NCBI GenBank assembly: GCA_965215635.1
Contig: CBDCEA010000004.1
Coordinates: 48,492 to 112,491 of the forward strand
Direction: 5' to 3'
Source: Alphaproteobacteria bacterium
GTDB taxonomy: Bacteria > Pseudomonadota > Alphaproteobacteria > SP197
DNA length: 64,000 bases
Below the pieces are notes generated by a model that saw only the letters and a program-made list of their open reading frames with translations, had not been told where the DNA came from and searched no databases. A program made the position numbers and the translations under genes. Below are positions 9,769 to 18,792 of the stretch, in pieces; position 1 is the first letter of the stretch; each line of letters begins with the position of its first letter.

Positions 9769-11020
9769 ATGATCCGAAAAGGCGGAAGCAACTGGGTCGA
9801 CGGAGAGAACTTCTTCGATCGCGAGACGGAACTGGAAGCGCTGGAAGAGCGGGTGCGGGAAGGAACCCACACCCTGCTGACCGCACAACGGCGGATGGGC
9901 AAGACCAGCCTCGTGCGGGAGCTGCAGCGCCGCCTGGCCGAAACGGGAGACTTCGAGGTCGTCTTCGTCGATCTGGAGGCGGCCACCGATCCGGCCGATG
10001 CGATTGCTGAAATCGGGGTTCAGGTGAAGCCCGTGCGTGCTGCGTGGAATCATGACCGGCTTCGCGAATCTGGTGAGGAGCGCCGGCGGCCGGATCGAGG
10101 AACTGTCGGTTGCGGATCTGAAGGTGAAGCTGCGCGCCGGGATCGATGCAGGCAATTGGCCGCAAAGAGGTGACGCGATCTTTGCCGCCCTGGCGGAAAG
10201 CGGTCGGCCGGTCGTGCTCGCGATAGACGAGTTGCCGATTCTCGTAAACCGGCTGCTGAAGGACGAGACGGGGCGCATGACGCCGGAGGGGAAGCGGGAA
10301 GCAGACGCGTTCCTGAGCTGGCTGCGCAAGGTGGGGCAGTCCCATCGGGATCGGGTCACGCTGATCCTGTCGGGCAGCGTGAGCCTCGAGCCGCTGCTTG
10401 AACGGGCCGGGCTCAGCGCCCAGGCCAATATCTTTTCTCCCTACGACCTGAAACCGTGGAGCGAGGAAACGGCCGTTTCCTGCCTGGAGGCACTTGCCGA
10501 GTCGTATGAGGTAGGTCTTGCGCCGGAGGCCCGCAGGGACATGTGCCGCAGGCTGCGTTGCTGCATCCCGCACCATGTCCAGATGTTCTTCGACAGGATG
10601 CACGATCATCTGCGGCGCGCCGGGCGGAAGGACGCCTCGCCGGAAGATGTCGAATGGGTCTATGTGCGAGAGATGCAGGGCGTCCGGGGGCAGGTCGACC
10701 TGCAGCATTACGAGGGCCGGCTGGAGACGGTCCTCGGAAGAGCGGGGTACACGGTTGCGCTGGAGATTCTGACGGCAACGGCGGTCGACGGCGATATCGC
10801 CGCTGAAACGGTCGACCGGTACCGCAGCTGGTTCTCAACGCGCGACGCGCACGACGGAGACGGTGCTTCCGCGGTCGATCATGTGCTGCGCGTGCTGCAG
10901 CACGACGGCTACCTCGAACCCGGGGACGGCGGTTACCGGTTCGTTTCCGGTCTGCTCGAGGATTGGTGGCGGGCGCGCTACGGGCAGAGGTTCGTGCCCG
11001 TGTTCGACCGGCAGCGGTAA
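9769..11020 (+). pseudogene. PF01637-like (archaeal-type) AAA ATPase, interrupted by a +1/-1 frameshift near 10025-10037
   Basis: Frame 1 carries FFDRETELEALEERVREGTHTLLTAQRRMGKTSLVREL (Walker A). Frame 2 from 10028 carries Walker B VVLAIDELP and the rest, about 417 aa if repaired. The frame 1 continuation after the shift is Arg-rich nonsense. Confidence 0.55.
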
Positions 11021-11037
11021 GAACGGGAGTCGGGCCG

Positions 11038-14000
11038 ATGGCTGTGACCGCCAGGAAGTACAATCCGGGCTTTCTCTCGATCGACGAACTGGTCGCGACC
11101 TTCTGCGTCCGGACGGCCGAGTACGAATCCCTGATCGAGGCGCTGCGCGAATGCTCGGGCAGCGCCAACACCCATCAGATCGTGATCGGGCCGCGCGGCA
11201 GCGGAAAGACGAGCCTCCTGCTGCGGGTCGCTGCGGAGGCGCTGCGCGATGCCGATCTCTCGGCGCGCTTCTTCCCGATTGTGTTCGCGGAGGAAAGCTA
11301 CGAGGTCTCGACCGCCGGCGAGTTCTGGCTCGAATGCCTTTCCCGGCTGGCCGATCAGGCGCCGCGCCGGGAAGGCGGTGTCGACTTGCAACGCACCTTC
11401 GAGGAGCTGCGCACCGTCCATGACGACCGGGCGCTGGAAGATCGGTGCCTCGGGGTGCTGCAAGACTTCGCCGACCGGGAAAAGAAGCGCGTCGTGCTGA
11501 TCGTCGAGAACCTGAACATGATGTTCAGGGACATGGGCGACGACAATGCGGGCTGGCGGCTGCGTAAGGCGCTGCAGACCGAACCGCGGATCGTTCTGCT
11601 GGCGAGCGCGACCAGCCGGTTCGACCAGATGAACGATCCGAAGGAAGCGCTCTACGAGCTCTTCCGGGTGATCCGGTTGCGTCCCCTCGACACGGAAGGC
11701 TGCGCGACCTTGTGGCAGACAGTGTCGGGGCAGGCGCGGGCGCCGCAGACGATCCAGGCGCTGCGGATTCTCACTGGCGGCAGTCCCAGGCTGCTGACCA
11801 TCGCCGCCCGTTTCGGCGCGAACCTGTCATTCCGCGAGCTGATGGCCGATCTTCTCGATCTGGTCGATGACCATACCGAGTATTTCAAGAGTCACCTCGA
11901 TGCGCTCCCGGCGCAGGAGCGAAAGGTGTATCTCGCCCTTGCCGATCTCTGGAAACCGGCGAACGCGCGCGAGATCGCGGACCGGGCCAGGCTCGGGACC
12001 AGCAAATGCAGTGCTCAGCTTGCCCGTCTGGTCGACAAGGGCGCTGTGGAAGTGACCGGCGGCAGCGCGCGGCGCAAGCTCTATTACCTGACCGAGCGGC
12101 TCTACAACATCTACTACCTGATGCGCCGGGCGCGCGGACCGGCGCCGCTGATCGATGCGCTGATCCGTTTCATGGAGGCCTACTACTCCACCGACGAGCT
12201 GAGGGAGTTCGGCGCCCGCATGGCGCGGGAAGCGCTGGGGTTCGACGGCGGTGCGTTGGCGATCTACCGGATGGCCTTCGAGCGTCTTGTCGGACTGCCG
12301 TCCCTCGAAGCGCACCGCGAGGAGCTGCTTTCGCTAGCGTCGCCTGCCTTTGCGTATGCGCCCAGTGAGTTTTCTGCGGTATCCCCGGCACTGTCGGCCG
12401 CGAGGGAGCTCTTGGGGAAAGCGCTGGCGCTCGCGGAAAGCGGTCGGTTGCAGGACGCCGTGGCGGCCTGGGACGAGGTAATCCGGAGGTTCGGGGCAAG
12501 CGATGCGCCGGCGGATCTCGAACAGGTGTCGCTGGCGCTCGTCAACAAGGGGAAGGCGTTGGGCGGGCTGGGAAGAGCGGAAGAAGCTCTGGCCGTGCTG
12601 GACGACGTGGTGCGGCGTTTCGGGGTGGACAACGGAGAAGGCCACCCTCTGGCGGTGGCGACGGCGCTCGCCGGCAAGGGCGGAATGCTGAGCAACCTGG
12701 ACCGCCACACGGAAGCGCTTACAGCCTGGAAGGAGGTCGCGCGGCGCTTCGGCAAGAGTCGGGTGCCGGCGCTCGAGGTGCTGGTGGTGAACGCGATGAT
12801 CGGGACGGCGGTCGCGCTGAACACGTTGAACCGGCACCGGGAAGCCCTGCAGGCCTGCGACGAAGTGTTGGAACGCTTCGGCAAGAGCGGTTCGCCGGCG
12901 CTTGACGGTGAATTGGCGGCAGCCATGGTCGGACGGGGTCACGCGCTGATCGCGCTGGGCCGAGTCGATGAGGCGATAAGCGCCTGGGGTGCCGTGGTGG
13001 AGCGTTTCGGGAAGAGCGACTCTCTCAGAATCGTCGAACAGGTGGCCTCGGCGCTTGCGAACATAGGCACGGCGCTGTTCCAGGCGGGCCGGTTGGAGGA
13101 AGCGCTCGCCGCGTTCGATGGGGTCGTGCAAAGCTACACGGCAAACGATGCGCCGATCCTCCGGGAGGTGATAGCGCGCTGTTTCGTCAACAGAGGCAAC
13201 GTGCTGGCCGCGCTGAAGCGGGAAACGGAAGCGCTCTCGTCGTGGGAAGAAGCGATCAGGGGCTTCGAGGCGGGCGGTTTGCCGGAGGTGGCAGAACCGT
13301 TTTGCAACGCGCTGATGAACAGGGCGGCGGCGCTGCACCATGCGGGAAGGCCGGAGGAAGCGCTGGATATGTGGGGCGGCGTGGTGGAACGCTTCGGGGC
13401 CGACGACCGGCCCGCACTCCTCACCATGGTCGCGAATGCCCAGACTCACAGGGGCGCCTTGCTGGAACAGTTGGGCCGATACGAGGAGGCACTCGCGGTC
13501 TGGCAGGAGGTTGAAGACCGTTTCGGGAACAGCGACATGCCGGAATGGGTCGCGCTGATCGCAAGCTGCTTCCAGCACAGGTGCGCCGACCTGTTCGAGC
13601 TGAACCGGACGGAAGAGGCGCTCGCAACGTGCGACCGGGCGATCGACCGATTCGGGCAAAGCCCCGTACCGGCGGTTCTTGAGACAGTCGCGGGGATATT
13701 TCTGAACAAGGGAATCGTGCTCGTCACTGCACACAGGAACGAGGAGGCGCTGGCGGTCTGGGACGAGATCGAACGGCGTTTCGGAAACAACTACGAGCCG
13801 GAAATTTTGAAGCACGTTGCCTCGGCCCTCGTCAGCAAGGGTACGACGCTGGTCCATATGAACAGGGCGGAGGACGCGGTTGGGGTATGGGGCGACGTCG
13901 TGCGCCGGTTCGGGGAGGGCGACTCACCCCTGTATCACGAGGAGATTGCGACGTCTGTCCTCAACAGGGTGGTGGTGCTGGGCTTGTTGAACCGGCCGGA

Positions 14001-14670
14001 CGAGGCGCTTGAGGCCTGTGACGAGGCGCTCCGGCGATTCGGGAGCGGTGAAGACCCTTACGGTGTTGAGGCAGTCGCACAAACTCTCGTTAGTAAGGGT
14101 TCGCTCCTTGCCGGTCTGGACCGGACCGAGGAGGCGTTCGCTGCGTGGGACGAGGTTGTCCGGCGCTTCGAGGCGAGCGATGAGCCGGCGCTTCGCGACG
14201 CGGCGGAATCGGCGCTGTGCCGGCGGGCACAGCACGAATTGACCGAAGGCCGGGCAAGGGACGCCGTCGCGTTTCTCGACCGTGCGCTGCTGCAGGGGCG
14301 GGCGGGAATTCCAGACAGCAGACTGCAGGGCCATCTGATCCGGGCCCGGGCGCACTTGGCGGAAGGCGATGGCGAAGCATGCGCCGGGGATGTCGAGACG
14401 ACACTGTCGATCCTTCCCGAATTGAACATGTTGCCGAGGGACGTGCTGGTGGCTCTGGCCGATCTCTCGGCGGGTGTCGGGCTGGAGAGGATGTGCGGTC
14501 TGATCAAGTCGTCGCCCGCTGACGATCTCCTGCTTCCGTTGAGGACGGCGCTGGAGCGCGAACTTGGGTTGGAGCCGAGGGTGGCCAGGGAAGTCGAAGA
14601 GATTGCCGAAGACATACGCCGGGAATTGCTTGTCGGGCGCAAGACTGAGGAGCAACGACGGACGGCTTGA
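11038..14670 (+). CDS. P-loop NTPase (PF01637/STAND-like) fused to a ~620-aa array of ~14 tandem 44-aa TPR-like repeats
   Basis: Walker A GPRGSGKTSLLL, Walker B-like VVLIVENLN, sensor-like RIVLLASATSRF. Then repeats of the pattern EEALAxWDEVxxRFGxSDxPxxxExVAxALxNKGxxL. SD GGAG sits 8 nt before the ATG at 11038. 17 nt downstream of the preceding ATPase. Confidence 0.7.
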   Translation: MAVTARKYNPGFLSIDELVATFCVRTAEYESLIEALRECSGSANTHQIVIGPRGSGKTSLLLRVAAEALRDADLSARFFPIVFAEESYEVSTAGEFWLECLSRLADQAPRREGGVDLQRTFEELRTVHDDRALEDRCLGVLQDFADREKKRVVLIVENLNMMFRDMGDDNAGWRLRKALQTEPRIVLLASATSRFDQMNDPKEALYELFRVIRLRPLDTEGCATLWQTVSGQARAPQTIQALRILTGGSPRLLTIAARFGANLSFRELMADLLDLVDDHTEYFKSHLDALPAQERKVYLALADLWKPANAREIADRARLGTSKCSAQLARLVDKGAVEVTGGSARRKLYYLTERLYNIYYLMRRARGPAPLIDALIRFMEAYYSTDELREFGARMAREALGFDGGALAIYRMAFERLVGLPSLEAHREELLSLASPAFAYAPSEFSAVSPALSAARELLGKALALAESGRLQDAVAAWDEVIRRFGASDAPADLEQVSLALVNKGKALGGLGRAEEALAVLDDVVRRFGVDNGEGHPLAVATALAGKGGMLSNLDRHTEALTAWKEVARRFGKSRVPALEVLVVNAMIGTAVALNTLNRHREALQACDEVLERFGKSGSPALDGELAAAMVGRGHALIALGRVDEAISAWGAVVERFGKSDSLRIVEQVASALANIGTALFQAGRLEEALAAFDGVVQSYTANDAPILREVIARCFVNRGNVLAALKRETEALSSWEEAIRGFEAGGLPEVAEPFCNALMNRAAALHHAGRPEEALDMWGGVVERFGADDRPALLTMVANAQTHRGALLEQLGRYEEALAVWQEVEDRFGNSDMPEWVALIASCFQHRCADLFELNRTEEALATCDRAIDRFGQSPVPAVLETVAGIFLNKGIVLVTAHRNEEALAVWDEIERRFGNNYEPEILKHVASALVSKGTTLVHMNRAEDAVGVWGDVVRRFGEGDSPLYHEEIATSVLNRVVVLGLLNRPDEALEACDEALRRFGSGEDPYGVEAVAQTLVSKGSLLAGLDRTEEAFAAWDEVVRRFEASDEPALRDAAESALCRRAQHELTEGRARDAVAFLDRALLQGRAGIPDSRLQGHLIRARAHLAEGDGEACAGDVETTLSILPELNMLPRDVLVALADLSAGVGLERMCGLIKSSPADDLLLPLRTALERELGLEPRVAREVEEIAEDIRRELLVGRKTEEQRRTA

Positions 14671-14689
14671 TCGTTTCAGTCAGAGTCGA

Positions 14690-14899
14690 CCCGACATGCC
14701 GGACGATCCATGGCCAATCGACTTCGCCGAGCGGTGCATGGACGGCAACGAGCCGGACGCGGTGAACGATGCGGGACAGCAGGATGGTCATTGCCTGGCT
14801 GTCCTTGCCACCGATGGTGTTGATCGCCACGAAGGCTCCGGCCCGGATCATGTCCCGGCAGTCCGAAGGGACACGGATGTCGGCGAGGTCGGTGGCCAT
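14690..14899 (-). pseudogene. N-terminal fragment of a PAPS-reductase-like PP-loop protein, truncated where it meets the 3' end of the NTPase-TPR gene
   Basis: MATDLADIRVPSDCRDMIRAGAFVAINTIGGKDSQAMTILL carries the SGGKDS PP-loop. The reading frame then runs into the convergent 11038-14670 gene, so only ~70 aa are present. Confidence 0.4.
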
Positions 14900-15345
14900 G
14901 GATGGGTCTCCCAGTTGGCGGTGCGGGGGTCACACTCCGGCCCCAGGCGTCGCCCGGAGGACGTCGGCCGCCACCTCCGGGGGGCGTGCTACTCGGAACC
15001 GGAAGACCTACTCGTTGGATGAAGCGCACCGTCCGGGGCCGTCCCGGGGACGCGGGGCCTGGATTCCCGAAGGGGCGGAATCCGTGCTACCTCTAAGACC
15101 GCTTCGGCCCCCTTTCGGCCGGGAGCAGCGACAACGGGCGGGCAGCGAGGGACATGGGGTTGAAACCGGGCGATGTCGATGCGATGACGGGTGCTGGCGG
15201 GAGCTTCTCTGGATGGAACAACCAATTGAGGGAACGCTACGGGTCAGGCACGTCAGACTCGGGTCGGTGCACGGCGCTCGGCAAAACAAACAGAAACGCT
15301 GCAGAGGTGACAACGATGCTAGAAAACCAGCATATCGTTTCAGAT

Positions 15346-16338
15346 AGGAACCAGTATCGAGAGCGGCTCGAAGGCTACCTCGAAACGGTTCTTCAGCTCG
15401 GTGTTTCCTTGCAGGACTAGGACGGGCACGAGACGCTGCCTGTCTTTCTGACCCGACTCTACCGGTTCTTCGAGACTCGGATCGGTCAGTCGCCGCTTCT
15501 CTTCATGTCTGCGAGGCAAACCGGGGAACACACTCCGGCAGAGATCGCGAAGCACCTTGATCTGGCGAAGCCGGAGTTCGACGGAATAGTCGTCTATTCA
15601 GCCGAACGAATTGCTGCGGGCTTTCGCGCACGGCTTGTTGCAGCTGGCGTGGCCTTCGCCGTTCCCGGCAATCAGCTGTTTGTTCCGGAACTCGCAACGG
15701 ACTTGCGCGAGCATTTCAGGGGGCCGAAGCCGGAGCGGCCCGACAAGCTATCGCCATCGGCTCAACTGGTTCTGTTTTTCCACCTCCTCCAAGGTGAGCA
15801 GGCGCGGTCATGGACGCCAACCGAGCTCACAGAACCACTTCGGTATTCGATCATGACCATGGGCCGGGCTTTTGATGAGCTTGCCGCCGTCGGACTTGCC
15901 CGGATCGAGCGACGTGGCCGCAAGAAGCTCTTGTGGTTCCGCGCGGAGGGGCGCTTGCTGATTGATACTGCAAAGACGCTCCTGATTCGTCCTGAACGTC
16001 GGCTAGACCACATTCGCTGGCTGAAGGAGCCGCCTGATTTGCCGCTGGCTGGCGAGCATGCCCTCGCGCGGCTCAGCGATCTCAGCCCGCCAGCGGTGCC
16101 ACCGGTTTACGCAGTGACGCCGGAACAGATGCGAGATTTCCTCGCGGTTGGGTGGGCGGATCTGAGGGAGGCGGACTACGACTCGGACGGAACACTTGCG
16201 ACTTGGCGATACGACCCGCAGGTATTGTCACGGAACGATTTGGTCGATCCGCTCTCTCTCTTCGCACAGTTTTGGGATGACCCCGACGAACGCTTGTCCA
16301 TGGCCGTCGATCGACTGCTGGAGCGATGGACATGGTGA
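15346..16338 (+). pseudogene. AbiEi-like wHTH antitoxin candidate, interrupted by an in-frame TAG at 15418-15420 (alternatively an intact 277-aa product from ATG 15505)
   Basis: Frame 1 is open 15154-16338 except for a single TAG. Sequence on both sides of the TAG reads protein-like (MLENQHIVSDRNQYRERLEGYLETVLQLGVSLQD / DGHETLPVFLTRLYRFFETR). There is a low-GC leader before ATG 15346. Winged-helix segment SIMTMGRAFDELAAVGLARIERRGRKKLLWF. The last 13 nt overlap the downstream gene. Confidence 0.4.
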
Positions 16339-16974
16339 GAGGGCTTGACCGGTTCCGAGAGCATTTCGCCGGGCACGAAGAAAGCTATGCGCTGATTGGC
16401 GGTGCTGCCTGCGATATCCTCTTCGGAGAAGCCGGGCTTCCGTTTCGGGCCACCAGGGACTTCGACATTGTGCTATGCGTCGAGGTCGTCAGTGCCGAAT
16501 TTGGCACGGGCTTTGCAGATTTCCTGGAAGCAGGTCGATATCGGGCCAGGGAGCGCTCGACCGGCAGGCGGGAATTCTCCCGCTTTCATCGCCCTGCAGA
16601 CGAAACGTTCCCGGCAATGATTGAACTCTTCGCCCGACGACCGGATACACTGAATAAGCCTTATCGACGAGACGATCCTTATCCCGTTTAAAGCACGTGC
16701 TTTTCTCGATCCTTCCGGACGCAAGGCGAATGGCGAAGACGTTGATGCCCGGCACATACGAAAGCACCGCGCTGATGTGTTCCGGCTCGCCCAGCTGTTG
16801 CCGGGCAGCGGCAACCTGCCCCTCGCCGACCCCTTACGGGCTGACCTGGCCGCGTTTCTCGATCAGGTCGCAAGCGATCCGGACTTCGATTACAAGGCGT
16901 TAAAGCTACCACTGCCGCTGGCGGATGCGACGGCAATACTGGATGGGTACTATCAGCTCAGCTCTTCTGCCTAG
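16326..16974 (+). pseudogene. AbiEii-type minimal nucleotidyltransferase toxin candidate, frameshifted near 16654-16691
   Basis: The N-terminal frame has the NTase motif LIGGAACDILFGEAGLPFRATRDFDIVL (hGG...R.T.DFD). After the stop at 16691 the protein continues in another frame from 16654: ISLIDETILIPFKARAFLDPSGRKANGEDVDARHIRKHRADVFRLAQLL... to 16974. Confidence 0.5.
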
Positions 16975-17217
16975 ATCGTGCCCCGCAGACTGGTGTGCAC
17001 TCATCGGCAAAGGACGGCAGCATTGCGGGTCTTGTATGAGGTTGCCTTCGCTGCATTGAATGGTTGCGAGTAACGGCCCTGTTCTGGACGCCTGATAGCG
17101 CTTTTGTTGCCTGGATGGTTCGTATCCTGTGGAGACCGGGATCGAAGACGCAACCCTCAGCGACGCGGAATCTGGAGGCGCCCGGACGACTGATATTTTG
17201 CCGCGGTTCCGATTGAA

Positions 17218-17597
17218 CACAGGCTTGTGCACATCCAGAGCATGCGTCTTTCCTCCACAGAATCCGCCAGCGCATGCCTTTTCTGGCCGACTGGCGCATG
17301 CTCTGCCTTCGGAAAGTTCACTGACGTGATGAAGCTGGTTGCTCCGGGCGTGCCCGGGAGTCAGACCGCATGGAGGCAAGGGTCGATCGAACGGAGTAGG
17401 GCGTCAGGATGATAACCGCGGACCAGCGCGAGCAGATCAGAACGCAGCGTGCCTCAAGGAACGATAACCGGCGTGTCGTCAGCCTGGCGCTGGAGGAGAT
17501 CCTGTACGAACCCATGGCGGTGCTCGATCACGGTTTCGTGCGTGTCGTCGACTACATGGGCAATGACGATGCCATCGTGCAGGCGGCCCGCGTGTCA
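17218..17597 (+). pseudogene. Displaced 5' fragment of thyX (promoter region plus first ~63 codons); ~85% identical to 20226-20620
   Basis: Nucleotide alignment with the intact thyX 5' region. Homology stops abruptly at 17597, where the lipoprotein module begins. Confidence 0.6.
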
Positions 17598-17602
17598 CAC
17601 GT

Positions 17603-18590
17603 AGTTCATCCGCTCATCCGCACACCACTTGCAACTGTTGAAGGCTCCTGGCCATCATCACAATGAACGCCTGAGCGGGGCTGCCCGAAACCTGACACCA
17701 GATCACTCGGCAGCGCCGATTCGAGCCGCCTTACGCTGCCTTTCAAGCTCACGCAGTTCGGCGTCGCGCGCTTCCTCGATAGCGCGTACCAGCGACTCGC
17801 ACTCCTGCCTGTTCCCTTCACAAGACTGCTGCAACGTAGCCACCATCCCAGCGGCCTCCCGCTCGATCCGTGTCCGCTGGCGGTCGAAGAACGCATCGCG
17901 GTCGTTGGCGGTGGAGAACGCTTCCGGCGCGAGAACAATCGTGACGCTGGCCGGGTATTCGTTCATCGCACCCGAGCTTGCATCGATGGCCAGGCCGATA
18001 AAGCCGCCGATAAGAATGTTGCCAAACGTCATTGCCTGGAAGTCTGAAGAAAGAGCAGCGGCGCCATTGAAGTACCCGTCCTTCTCACAAATGATGCCGA
18101 TGTTATCCTTGCTTTTTTCTACCGATACCGTCCCCGGTGTAGGATTCACCACAGCGACCGTCGCTTCGTCCTGGGACAAGGTGCAGACAGCGTTCGGTGG
18201 TTCGGTAAGTACCGTCACGGTCTGATCGGTGCCCTCGACGATCGTCGCGCAGGCTCCCAGAACAAGCGACAAAAGGAGTATGCCCGTTACGGCCCACCGA
18301 TGTTGCATTGCACCCTCCAGGTGTCGATATCTGCTCGCGAGACGATTCGTTTATCACGTGTAACCAGGATTTCCCATGTGGCACCCTTCAGCCAGGTTGA
18401 GCGTGGCCCGGGATCGCTCAACGGGCAGGCCCGATGGGTTCTGCCACCATGATCATGTCCGACACCGCGAAATCAGAGAGTCAACGGGACATGGTGGCAT
18501 GCGATATTGCCGACCCTGTCGTCATGCTGGAGAGGGGCGTCGGCCCGAGCCGGTCGATCCAGACACCCGCCGGGTCCGCGAAGGCGACGT
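17603..18590. repeat. Copy 2 of the duplicated lipoprotein module
   Basis: About 85% nucleotide identity to 6362-7410. The left boundary coincides with the thyX-fragment junction. Confidence 0.8.
17703..18308 (-). CDS. Hypothetical lipoprotein (copy 2, 201 aa)
   Basis: Signal peptide plus lipobox LVLGAC. Paralogue of the 6392-7090 protein. Confidence 0.55.
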   Translation of the reverse strand: MQHRWAVTGILLLSLVLGACATIVEGTDQTVTVLTEPPNAVCTLSQDEATVAVVNPTPGTVSVEKSKDNIGIICEKDGYFNGAAALSSDFQAMTFGNILIGGFIGLAIDASSGAMNEYPASVTIVLAPEAFSTANDRDAFFDRQRTRIEREAAGMVATLQQSCEGNRQECESLVRAIEEARDAELRELERQRKAARIGAAE

Positions 18591-18792
18591 GGGATGGGAT
18601 CCGATTCACCTTCCGCGTTCCGCATCCGGGCCGTCTCCACGTCATCCAACCATCCGAGCCTCTTGCAATATTCCTGACCCCGAGGGCCGGTGAGCCCGGA
18701 TCGGGCAGTTGACCGCAGACACCTCTGCGCCTGGAAGCCGGAATCCGTGGATTCGCGGTGGCTCGCCGAGGAATTGAGAACAAACGAGGAAC

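Noticed and set aside
14930-15130. GC-rich stretch with many CCGGGG/CCCCGG complementarities, considered as a structured ncRNA or riboswitch
   Set aside because: No recognisable conserved RNA family or covarying stems can be judged by eye. It is probably just island junk or a UTR.
15418-15420. In-frame TAG considered as a pyrrolysine or programmed read-through codon
   Set aside because: No Pyl machinery context is present. A nonsense mutation, or a genuine start at the downstream ATG 15505, is far more parsimonious.
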